IMG/VR virus record: IMGVR_UViG_3300032225_002400
Location: 11,745-75,744 of that record
From: a virus
Taxonomy: Duplodnaviria > Caudoviricetes
Strand: one strand, 5' to 3'
Length of the DNA: 64,000 nucleotides
Shown piece by piece: positions 33,943 through 42,597 of this stretch (position 1 is its first letter; the number at the start of each line of letters is the position of its first letter). The position numbers and the translations under genes were made by a program. The notes under the pieces were generated by a model. It was given only the letters and a program-made list of their open reading frames with translations, was not told where the DNA came from and made no database searches.

Positions 33943-36900
33943 ATGGCTCAATTGATAACCCCTCCTATTTGTATACCTGCGAGTATAAACTTTGGGTCTA
34001 CAACAGTTGCTTCAACTTATTCTAATGCACTTTCTCCATGGAATGGTTCATCATTTACATTTAATTGTACATTTTCTGTTTTAATTCAAGAAACAAGTTC
34101 TTACGATACAAATCCAATATTACAATATAATGCCAATAATCTAAGTGTTGGGATGTGGTTTGGACTTCCTAATGGAAATTGCTATAGAATACAATCAATA
34201 ACATCAGTAAACGCACAAGGAACATCCTGTGTATTAGTATTAAAAGATGTTGATTTATACAATTTAGTAGTAGATAATACAGGAAATGGAAACAACTTTC
34301 CTCCTGAAGGTTTTGTTGGGTTATTTTTTACTATAGGTTCAGATGGTCTTCCTGTAATTACACCTACAGAACAAATAAGAAGTCAGATTGGTGATATTAC
34401 CAATTGGCTTAATGATTTACATGATAGATTTAGATTTAGAAACTATATAACTGATTATTTTACATTAAATATTAATGATAATAGTTATACAGGTATTGTA
34501 GAAGGAAACTTTGTTAAAATTAACTCTAGTGGTAGCTTTGTTAAAGTTACAGGAACTACAGAAAATGATTTATTAAGCATCGCAGGTATAGTATCTTCAG
34601 CAGATACACCTGAACAAGGTAATTTAAGAGTTAGACCTTTAGGAAGAGTTGTTAGCAACTTAAATATTTTAGTTGGAAATATTGGAGATGTATTATATTT
34701 TGACCCAAATCAAATTGGTAGTCTTACTTCTACAAAGCCTGCAACAGGCGTTTTTCCTGTTTATATAAAATTAAGCTCGACAAGTGCTATATTAAAGAGT
34801 GGTGGCGTAGGTGCAAGCGGTACAGCAGGTACAGCAGGTTCTAGCGGAACTGCAGGAACAAGCGGAGCAACAGGAACAGCAGGAACTTCAGGTATAAATG
34901 GTGTATCAGGTGGTTTAATATATTGGATGAATCAATCTATTAATACAAGTAGTGCTTTTGGTACACCTACATATAAGCAATTAAGTACTAATCCAACTAT
35001 AACAGGTCAAACAAGTCAAGATTTAACATTAGGAGCAGGAGCTACAGGTACATTTCAAACTTTTGCAACTGATAGCGGTGTTCCGGGTTTAACTTCAATA
35101 CCTGCAGGGAATTGGGCATTTATAGTACACATACAAAATATAAATACAACTAATGGTTGGGATATTTATGTAGAGTTGTATACCTATACAATAGGTGGTA
35201 CTTCAACTTTAGTACTTACAACTAATAGGGTTTTAATTTTAAATAATGTAGATATACAACAAGTTTATGTTGATGGATTTTGGAATGGTGGAGCAATAAA
35301 TTCTACAGATAGATTATATGCTAAAATAATTGGTAAAAATAACGGTACAGGTAGTAAAACTGCTACTTTTTATACAGAAGGAAGTTCATTTTATTCATAC
35401 GCACAAACTACATTTAATGCTCCATCAGGAACAAGTGGTACAAGCGGAGTAAATGGCACATCAGGAACAAGCGGAACAAATGGCACATCAGGAACGAGTG
35501 CTTCTAGCGGAACTTCAGGAACAAATGGAACTAATGGAAGCTCAGGAAGTAGTGGTACTACAGGAACTTCAGGTTCTAGTGGTAGCTCAGGTTCATCAGG
35601 CACTTCGGCAACAAGTGGAACAAGCGGAAGTTCTGGGTCTAGTGGTAGTTCAGGAACTTCAGGTATTTCGGGTAGTTCTGGGACTAGCGGAAATTCGGGG
35701 TCTAGTGGAACCACAGGGACTAGTGGGACATCAGGAAGCTCTGGTATTACACCTTCAGTAAGTGGGGCTAGTGGTCAAATAGCTTACTTTAATGGTACTT
35801 CATCTATTACAAGTGATGCTACCTTTACTTATTCTCCTACTTCTCAACTATTAGTTAATAATAGTGTTACGGCTGCATCAGCAATAGCAAGAGGAACTAA
35901 TCTTACTCCTACTCTTGTAGCAGCAGCTAATGGTGATGTATTAGTAGGATTAGATATTAACCCTACGTTTACCAATGGTGCTTTTACAGGGGTATCAAAC
36001 TATGGAGCAAGAATACAAAAGACTGCATTATTTAATGATACTTGGGCAAATACGCAAGCTATTTTTGGTAGTAGTGGTCAAGGCGGTAAAATAGCCTTTG
36101 CTAGAGGTCAAGACGGTTTTGCAGGTGCTACAATTGGATTTACAAACGCAGGCAGTTCAACCAACTTTGCAATAACAAATGTTTCTGGTGGTTTACTTGA
36201 TATAACGCAGAATGCTGGAACATCTACATCACTAAGTGCTACGAATGCAAATGGCTTCGTATTAATAAGAGCAACAGGTGCTTCAGGCTACTTGCAATTT
36301 CAAACGGCAGGTACCGTAAATGCTCAAGTATTCTCCACAGGTAACTGGCTTTTACAACAAGGAGGTACTTTTACAGATGCAGGATATAAATTAGATGTAG
36401 CAGGAACAACTCGTTTAAACGGATTACAAACCTTTGTAGGAACTACTGCAAGTGATGGAGGACAATTAGGAGCTGAACTTTTATCATCTTCAGGTTGGAC
36501 AAGTACAGGTTGGACAGGCTCTTATCCTTCGTTTACGCATACTACAGGTAATACTACAAACTTAACAAATACGTTGGCTGCGGTTGTAGGTAATAACTAT
36601 GCATTTACTTATACGATTACAACAAGAACGGCAGGTACAATTACCTTTTCTTTTGGTGGATTAACTTTTTCAGGAGCATCTTCTTCAGGTGTCGCTTATG
36701 GAAAAGCTACATCAACCGCTTCATTAGTTATTACACCTACTACTGATTTTGATGGAACAGTTGTTATGTCTATTAAGCAAGTTACCGCAGGTTCAGCAAC
36801 AACTACTTTCCAAAATAGTTCAGCAATTGCAAACATAGAAGTAAGAGCAAGTGGAGCTTCTGCAACTAATACATTTATAGGCTTAAATAGTGGTAGATAT

Positions 36901-38874
36901 AACGTAACAGGGGGAACTCAAAATACTTCACTAGGAAGTGGAACTTTAGCATCTATATTAAATGCTATAAGCAATACTGCAATAGGATATAATGCAGGAA
37001 CTTTGATTACAACAGGTGGTAGTAATACTTTAATAGGAGTAAATGCAGGTCAAACTATTACAACAAGTTCTAATAATACATTAATAGGTTCAAACGCAGG
37101 TCAAGCTAATACTACAGGTTCAAATAATACAGCAGTAGGAGTAAGTGCTTTATTTAAAAATACAACAGGTGGTTACAACACAGCAGTAGGATTACTTGCT
37201 TTGTATAATAACACCACAGGTCAATTTAATAATGCAATAGGTGATAGTGCATTATCAGCAAATACAACAGGTCAGCAAAATAATGCTCAAGGTCATTATA
37301 CGATGTATAACAACACTACAGGTTCTAATAATACTGCCTTAGGTAATAATGCCTTGCTTGCAAATACAACAGGTTCAAGTAATGTGGTAATAGGGAACGT
37401 TGCTGCAAATGCTGCTACTGTAGTTGATAATAGTATTATAATAGGAGCAGGTGCACAACCAAATGCTTCTTCTCAAGCCAACCAAATAGTTATAGGATAT
37501 AATATTACAGGCTTAGGTTCTAACACAACAATAATAGGTAATAGTTCAACGACTACTGCTGCTATTTATGGTAACTTACTTTTAGGAACAACAACAGATT
37601 CAGGATATAAATTAGATGTAACAGGTACAGGTAGATTTACAGGAAATACAACAGTAAATGGTTTGGCAATAGCTGCTACTCCTTCTGCAAATAAACTAAT
37701 TGCTTATGGTTCAACTAATATTGGTTTACCTCAATCTAGTGGTTCTACTTTTACAACAGGTATAGCAAGGTTATATGATTCTACAAATGTTACAATAGAC
37801 TTTGGTACTAATGGTGGTGTTTCTCCATATCCTGCTTGGATTCAAGTTAGAGATGTAACAAATATGGCAACAAACTATCCATTATTATTGCAACCTAATG
37901 GTGGTAATGTAGGTATTGGTACAAGTAGTCCTAGTACTACTTTAGATGTAAATGGTGCAACTAAGATTACTGGACCGGGAAATACTTTAACATTAGCAAA
38001 ATCAAATAATTATCCTGCATTAGCTTGGCAAGGTTCAACATATACTAATTTAATTGAATCAGGTGATGGATATATGGCATTTACGCAAAGTGGTGCTGAA
38101 AGAATGCGTATTACAAGTGCAGGTGATGTAGTAGTAGGTGGAACTTCAGCAGTTAGTTCTGCGGCAGGCAGAGGAAATATTACAATAAATGGTTCTTCAT
38201 CTGCATTTTTAGGATATAGCGTTGCAGGTTCAAGAGTAGGATATTTATTTCACGATGGAGGTACATTCACATTAAATAATGATGTAGCTGGTACTATTGC
38301 ATTTAATAATAATGGTGCTGAAAGAATGAGAATAACCTCAGCAGGTAATGTAGGTATTGGTACAAGTAGTCCTGCTTATACATTAGAAGTCGCAGGTACT
38401 TTTAAAGTAGGTGGTAGTGCATATTTTACAGGTTCAGTTTATAATTATGTAGGAGATTCTAGATTTTTTGCTCAAGGAGGAGGTAGTAATTATTTATATT
38501 CAGGTACTGCAAATATTACATTTGTTAACCAAGCTGATACTGCAACTTTAGCTACTATTAATGGTACAACAGGTGTATATACTCCATTATCGGATATTAA
38601 TAAAAAGAAAGATTTTGAAGCATCTACAATAGGATTAAATGAAATTTTACAATTAAAACCTACATTATATAGATTTAAATCAGAAGATGAAATTTCTATT
38701 AAGCAATTAGGATTTATTGCTCAAGAAGTTAAAGATTTTATTCCTCAAGCATACGAAGAAAGTGGCCAAGAAGATAAAAGGTTCATAGGATTAAACTATA
38801 ATCCAATTGTTGCTGCGTTAGTAAAAGCAGTTCAAGAATTATCAGCACAAGTAGAAGAACTAAAAAATAAATAA
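33943..38874 (+). CDS. long receptor-binding fibre/spike with collagen-like repeats, NTxxG repeats and C-terminal peptidase S74 chaperone
   Basis: GTS triplets at about 34801-34890 and 35422-35750; NTAVG..AL..NTTG repeats at about 36865-37560; SDINKKKD..LKP..Y..GFIAQEV..Y..IV..LVKAVQEL. Confidence 0.9.
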   Translation: MAQLITPPICIPASINFGSTTVASTYSNALSPWNGSSFTFNCTFSVLIQETSSYDTNPILQYNANNLSVGMWFGLPNGNCYRIQSITSVNAQGTSCVLVLKDVDLYNLVVDNTGNGNNFPPEGFVGLFFTIGSDGLPVITPTEQIRSQIGDITNWLNDLHDRFRFRNYITDYFTLNINDNSYTGIVEGNFVKINSSGSFVKVTGTTENDLLSIAGIVSSADTPEQGNLRVRPLGRVVSNLNILVGNIGDVLYFDPNQIGSLTSTKPATGVFPVYIKLSSTSAILKSGGVGASGTAGTAGSSGTAGTSGATGTAGTSGINGVSGGLIYWMNQSINTSSAFGTPTYKQLSTNPTITGQTSQDLTLGAGATGTFQTFATDSGVPGLTSIPAGNWAFIVHIQNINTTNGWDIYVELYTYTIGGTSTLVLTTNRVLILNNVDIQQVYVDGFWNGGAINSTDRLYAKIIGKNNGTGSKTATFYTEGSSFYSYAQTTFNAPSGTSGTSGVNGTSGTSGTNGTSGTSASSGTSGTNGTNGSSGSSGTTGTSGSSGSSGSSGTSATSGTSGSSGSSGSSGTSGISGSSGTSGNSGSSGTTGTSGTSGSSGITPSVSGASGQIAYFNGTSSITSDATFTYSPTSQLLVNNSVTAASAIARGTNLTPTLVAAANGDVLVGLDINPTFTNGAFTGVSNYGARIQKTALFNDTWANTQAIFGSSGQGGKIAFARGQDGFAGATIGFTNAGSSTNFAITNVSGGLLDITQNAGTSTSLSATNANGFVLIRATGASGYLQFQTAGTVNAQVFSTGNWLLQQGGTFTDAGYKLDVAGTTRLNGLQTFVGTTASDGGQLGAELLSSSGWTSTGWTGSYPSFTHTTGNTTNLTNTLAAVVGNNYAFTYTITTRTAGTITFSFGGLTFSGASSSGVAYGKATSTASLVITPTTDFDGTVVMSIKQVTAGSATTTFQNSSAIANIEVRASGASATNTFIGLNSGRYNVTGGTQNTSLGSGTLASILNAISNTAIGYNAGTLITTGGSNTLIGVNAGQTITTSSNNTLIGSNAGQANTTGSNNTAVGVSALFKNTTGGYNTAVGLLALYNNTTGQFNNAIGDSALSANTTGQQNNAQGHYTMYNNTTGSNNTALGNNALLANTTGSSNVVIGNVAANAATVVDNSIIIGAGAQPNASSQANQIVIGYNITGLGSNTTIIGNSSTTTAAIYGNLLLGTTTDSGYKLDVTGTGRFTGNTTVNGLAIAATPSANKLIAYGSTNIGLPQSSGSTFTTGIARLYDSTNVTIDFGTNGGVSPYPAWIQVRDVTNMATNYPLLLQPNGGNVGIGTSSPSTTLDVNGATKITGPGNTLTLAKSNNYPALAWQGSTYTNLIESGDGYMAFTQSGAERMRITSAGDVVVGGTSAVSSAAGRGNITINGSSSAFLGYSVAGSRVGYLFHDGGTFTLNNDVAGTIAFNNNGAERMRITSAGNVGIGTSSPAYTLEVAGTFKVGGSAYFTGSVYNYVGDSRFFAQGGGSNYLYSGTANITFVNQADTATLATINGTTGVYTPLSDINKKKDFEASTIGLNEILQLKPTLYRFKSEDEISIKQLGFIAQEVKDFIPQAYEESGQEDKRFIGLNYNPIVAALVKAVQELSAQVEELKNK
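37903..38373 (+). repeat. exact 30-bp direct repeat inside fibre gene
   Basis: GGTAATGTAGGTATTGGTACAAGTAGTCCT at 37903-37932 and 38344-38373 (GNVGIGTSSP). Confidence 0.9.
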
Positions 38875-38875
38875 T

Positions 38876-39169
38876 ATGAAAACAATTCAACCTGTCCAAA
38901 GTTGGACAAACGGACAATCAGTAGAAGCAACAATTCTAAATGCTTATGCAATCAATGTTGCATTAGGAACATCAGCTACTTTCTATTATAGCCTATTAGA
39001 TGATAATCTAGTTATGGTTGCTCAAGGCAATTTAACTATGAGTGGTGAGGCTTACACACAATGGACAGTTGACCAATATGCTTGGGATTGGATAGCTACT
39101 GAACTTAAACTTACAATCACAGGGGATTATGTTGCACCTATTATAGAGGAATCAGTAGTAAGTGAATAA
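38876..39169 (+). CDS. fibre-associated small protein
   Basis: MKTIQPV..ATFYYSL..GNLTMSGEAY..W..D.YAWDWIA; type commonly found after phage fibre genes. Confidence 0.6.
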   Translation: MKTIQPVQSWTNGQSVEATILNAYAINVALGTSATFYYSLLDDNLVMVAQGNLTMSGEAYTQWTVDQYAWDWIATELKLTITGDYVAPIIEESVVSE

Positions 39170-39185
39170 ATTTATAAAAAAATAA

Positions 39186-39353
39186 CAATGCCAGATAAAT
39201 CAGATATTGCTTTACGCAGTTTATGGAGAAAAAGATGGGGTTGATGAAAAAGGTAATGATATAATGCAAGGGGTAGACTATTCTAAAATAGTGCCAACAT
39301 TAATCGCAGCTATTCAAGAATTAAATGAAAGATTAAACAAAGCAGGGTTGTAG
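39186..39353 (+). pseudogene. orphan C-terminal fragment of an S74 fibre chaperone
   Basis: After in-frame TAA (39183) and with no upstream ATG: ..ILLYAVYGEKDGVDEKGNDIMQGVDYSKIVPTLIAAIQELNERLNKAGL*. Confidence 0.8.
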
Positions 39354-39354
39354 C

Positions 39355-39362
39355 TACATTTG
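39355..39362 (+). promoter_or_regulatory. Bacteroidota-type -7 promoter box
   Basis: TACATTTG about 20 nt upstream of the HNH gene. Confidence 0.5.
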
Positions 39363-39382
39363 GATAATTAAATTAATTAAGT

Positions 39383-39811
39383 ATGAAAGAAATAAATCAA
39401 AAAACTTACAAATGTAAGGTTTGCGATGAAAATTTCATAAAAAGTAAAACCACAGATAGATATTGCTCCCCAAAATGTGCCATAAGCGATTCTAAGCCTA
39501 TTTCTAGGACTTTCACAAAGAAAACAGTATCTATATCAAACAAAAAATTTGATGCTGTAAAAAGCACCTTAAAATCAAATATTATAAAAGAAGAAGGATA
39601 CATAAGTTGTCAATATTGTGGTATCAATAATAGTTTTATGTGGGAGACTCATCATATATTCTTTAGGTCTGAAATGCCCAACCACAAATACCTTAACGAC
39701 CCAAGAAACCTTATTGTCCTATGCTGTCAATGTCATAGATGGTTTCATGAGAAAAAAGACAATAGAAATAGCCTTGTAGAGCAAAGAGGACTAAAAGAAT
39801 TATTTGCATAA
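39383..39811 (+). CDS. HNH endonuclease with N-terminal Zn finger
   Basis: CKVC..YCSPKC; CQYC..ETHHI..NLIVLCCQCHRWFH. Confidence 0.9.
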   Translation: MKEINQKTYKCKVCDENFIKSKTTDRYCSPKCAISDSKPISRTFTKKTVSISNKKFDAVKSTLKSNIIKEEGYISCQYCGINNSFMWETHHIFFRSEMPNHKYLNDPRNLIVLCCQCHRWFHEKKDNRNSLVEQRGLKELFA

Positions 39812-39854
39812 AATTTGTAAAAAATATATTAAATTTGACATTAAATTATAAAAT

Positions 39855-40244
39855 ATGGATATAGTATATAATTGGATATTGCAAAATGGGTGTATGGAAA
39901 CAGCTCCTAATGATGATGGCTTAACAGATGTGGTTAAGTTTATTAATTGGAGAAGGTCTGCTACAACTATTGTAAATGAAAAAGAGTATTATACTTCTGT
40001 TTATGGACAATATGCTTGTTCTTCACCTAATCCAAGCGATTTCACTCCATATCAAGACTTGCTAGAAAGTCAAGTAGAAGCTTGGCTTGAATCAGGTTTA
40101 AATGTACCTAGTATAGATTTAGGTTTAGCAAATGTTTTAGAATCATTAATTAATCCTCCTATTGTAGTTTTGCCTAATCCATGGGACCCTACCACATCTA
40201 CTACAACTACAACTACTACTCAAATTATAGGTAAATCAATATAA
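39855..40244 (+). CDS. fibre-associated protein with Thr-run tail
   Basis: W.L..MET.P..DGLTDVVKFINW..FTPYQDL..V.AWLE; C-terminal TTSTTTTTTT. Confidence 0.6.
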   Translation: MDIVYNWILQNGCMETAPNDDGLTDVVKFINWRRSATTIVNEKEYYTSVYGQYACSSPNPSDFTPYQDLLESQVEAWLESGLNVPSIDLGLANVLESLINPPIVVLPNPWDPTTSTTTTTTTQIIGKSI

Positions 40245-40269
40245 TTTTAATAACAAAAAAATCAAAAAA

Positions 40270-40479
40270 ATGAGTCAAGAAACACAAGAAACAAAACAAT
40301 TGCCTATTCCTTCATTAACAGCAGAGCAAGTTCAAGTTTTGATAAACTACGCTAACGAAAAATTACCAACAATGTATGGTAAAGAAATTTTAAGCTTTAT
40401 TGAGAAAGTAGCTGTTGATTTAGACAGAGCATCTCAAACAAAAGTTGAAGAAGCTCAAATTGTAGAGAAAACAAACTAA
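40270..40479 (+). CDS. hypothetical small helical protein
   Basis: 69-aa ORF followed by terminator. Confidence 0.6.
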   Translation: MSQETQETKQLPIPSLTAEQVQVLINYANEKLPTMYGKEILSFIEKVAVDLDRASQTKVEEAQIVEKTN

Positions 40480-40488
40480 TTACAAGAG

Positions 40489-40515
40489 AGGTAGGGCTAA
40501 AATCCTACCTTTTTT
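40489..40515 (+). terminator. intrinsic terminator at convergence point
   Basis: AGGTAGG-gctaaaat-CCTACCT followed by T-run. Confidence 0.8.
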
Positions 40516-41573
40516 ATTTTATCTAATACAATGCCAAGGGTAATACTTTTATGGCATTCAAATTGTCTTGGCGTATCTTCATGCTCAGGACACCAATTCC
40601 AAGAGCCTTTATTGAAGCGAAATGCAGGATTATGCCAACAACCATGACAAACATCCTCTTTTACTATCCTAATACAATTACTTTGAAATTCATGGTTTTT
40701 TGATGTAAAGTTGGAAATCATATACCCTTTCTTGCCAAGTGCCCAATTTAGCCAACTAATGCCACTAGAAAGGCCTATATACCCATCTGCATGGTGTAGT
40801 ATGTTCATCACATTTTGCAAGCATTTGTCTTCAGGTGTAATAATATTATCAAAATGAGTGCTTTGTTTAGATACTTCAACCACTTTATAGCCCATATTGA
40901 TTAGCTCTTCAATTAGCTCTTGCCAATAATACCAATGCTTTAGTTGAGATGTAGATATGGTCGAAATAGCGATATATTTAGTTTCATAAGGCCTCTCTAT
41001 TGGCTTAAAATCAATTATTGGTAATGTTTCTACAAAAGGTAGGTTTAAGATATTAGTAGCTGTTTTTTGCAAAGGTATGGTAGATGGTAAAACAGGTTCT
41101 TTCATCTTATCATAAAACCAACCTAAATCAAACATAGCATGTATATTGTTAACTACAGAACCTCTAGCCACAAAAGTTAAATCAGAATACATATTTTCAA
41201 ACAAATAATTATGAAAAGTAGAAACATGCACTTTACAATTATAATGTGTACTAAACTCTCTACAATATGGAATCCATGCGATAGTATCTCCTAAACTTGA
41301 GCTTTCAAAATTTATAAATACATTTTTTCCTTCTATTTCATTTAATAAGTTAATCTGTTTAATAGTTCTTCCTTCATACTTTATCAATATACCTATATCT
41401 GAAAAGTACTTTCTATCTAATTTTGCCCAATGTTTTAAACCAAGTTTTACCTCATAAATAATACTATTGTCTTTTTTATCAATAAAAACAACATCGTATT
41501 CTCTATTTTTGCCTCCATCATCTACTATTTCAAAGTAAAGGCCTTGTACATGAGTTAACTTATATTCAATCAT
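40497..41573 (-). CDS. Aah/TibC-like (GT9-related) heptosyltransferase
   Basis: FESSSLGDTIAWIPY..C, STSQLKHW, IGLSSGISWLNWALG, C.GCW..C. Confidence 0.7.
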   Translation of the reverse strand: MIEYKLTHVQGLYFEIVDDGGKNREYDVVFIDKKDNSIIYEVKLGLKHWAKLDRKYFSDIGILIKYEGRTIKQINLLNEIEGKNVFINFESSSLGDTIAWIPYCREFSTHYNCKVHVSTFHNYLFENMYSDLTFVARGSVVNNIHAMFDLGWFYDKMKEPVLPSTIPLQKTATNILNLPFVETLPIIDFKPIERPYETKYIAISTISTSQLKHWYYWQELIEELINMGYKVVEVSKQSTHFDNIITPEDKCLQNVMNILHHADGYIGLSSGISWLNWALGKKGYMISNFTSKNHEFQSNCIRIVKEDVCHGCWHNPAFRFNKGSWNWCPEHEDTPRQFECHKSITLGIVLDKIKKVGF

Positions 41574-41577
41574 AATA

Positions 41578-42597
41578 CTACAAATTATTATATATTTCTA
41601 TGTATTTATTCCTAATTGTTTGACTATCAAAATTTTGGAATTGTTTTACTGCATTATACTTCTTCTCTAAATTTTTACAAACATTTAACCAATCATAAGA
41701 TTCTCTTTTTATTGACATTTCTACAACTAATATGTCATATTTGCTAGATACAAAATTTATACCTTTAATAACTTCTTCGGTATTTAATTCATTCATTACA
41801 TACATCCCTTCAATTTTATCGGTTCCTTTATAAGTACCAACTATTGGTATACAACAGCTTGCAGCTTCTAATAAGGTTAAATTAGGATGACCAAACTCCA
41901 AATTAGATGGGTGTAAGAATATAGTATGGTCTTGAAATATCTTTAACTTTTCTGCTTCAGTAGGATTTGTGTCAATAATAGTCAACTTATCATAGTCTAA
42001 TAAGTCTTTATGAATCTCAAAAAACTTGGTATTGGCATCTGCTCCAACTATAGTGATAGGTAAGTTTAATGATTTAGCAGCTTCAATTCCATATCTAAAT
42101 CCTTTTCTGTCTGCTGCATAATCACCTGCTACTCCGTTATTTGCACACATTAACAATTTATGGTTGCTATAACCAAAATTAGGTATGTAGTAGCTAGTAT
42201 CTACTCCATGAGATAAATAAAATAGCTTGTAGGTATCATCGAAATAATCTACTACATATTCTGCAGGAGCTAAAGAAAACATTGATTTCTTCATAGCCTC
42301 TAATTGTTCTCTATAATTACCACTATTTTTACCAAAATGGTAGCTATGATGGTCATGAGTTGAATAAACATACTCAATACCTCTTTTAGAAGCTTCTAAA
42401 CATAAATTAGCAACATGAATATGTACTATATCATATTTATCAACGTCTACTGAATCTAACCATGTTAAATCTACTTCATGACCTAATTTTCTTAGGTTTT
42501 TAGTATATTCATCCATAATTAGCTCAACAGCTCCCCATCCTCTTTCTCCTGTAGGAAGTATTGGTATACTACTACTTATAACTTGTGCTATTCTCAT
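41578..42597 (-). CDS. GT4 glycosyltransferase
   Basis: IPILPTG..GWGAVE, HGVDT, RKGF, HPS.LEFGHPNLTLLEAASC. Confidence 0.85.
   Translation of the reverse strand: MRIAQVISSSIPILPTGERGWGAVELIMDEYTKNLRKLGHEVDLTWLDSVDVDKYDIVHIHVANLCLEASKRGIEYVYSTHDHHSYHFGKNSGNYREQLEAMKKSMFSLAPAEYVVDYFDDTYKLFYLSHGVDTSYYIPNFGYSNHKLLMCANNGVAGDYAADRKGFRYGIEAAKSLNLPITIVGADANTKFFEIHKDLLDYDKLTIIDTNPTEAEKLKIFQDHTIFLHPSNLEFGHPNLTLLEAASCCIPIVGTYKGTDKIEGMYVMNELNTEEVIKGINFVSSKYDILVVEMSIKRESYDWLNVCKNLEKKYNAVKQFQNFDSQTIRNKYIEIYNNL

Noticed and set aside
35391-35761. Alternative-frame ORFs of 107 aa (-) and 102 aa (+)
   Set aside because: Shadows of the Gly-Thr-Ser repeat, which lacks stops in other frames.
33943-38874. Diversity-generating retroelement acting on the fibre
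   Set aside because: No reverse transcriptase and no template/variable repeat pair differing at adenines.
33943-40244. S74 chaperone fibre and accessory genes as proof of a tailed phage
   Set aside because: Fibre modules move between virus types; no terminase, portal, HK97 capsid, tail tube, sheath or tape measure is recognisable, while an A32-like ATPase is. Not fully excluded because the genome extends beyond the window.
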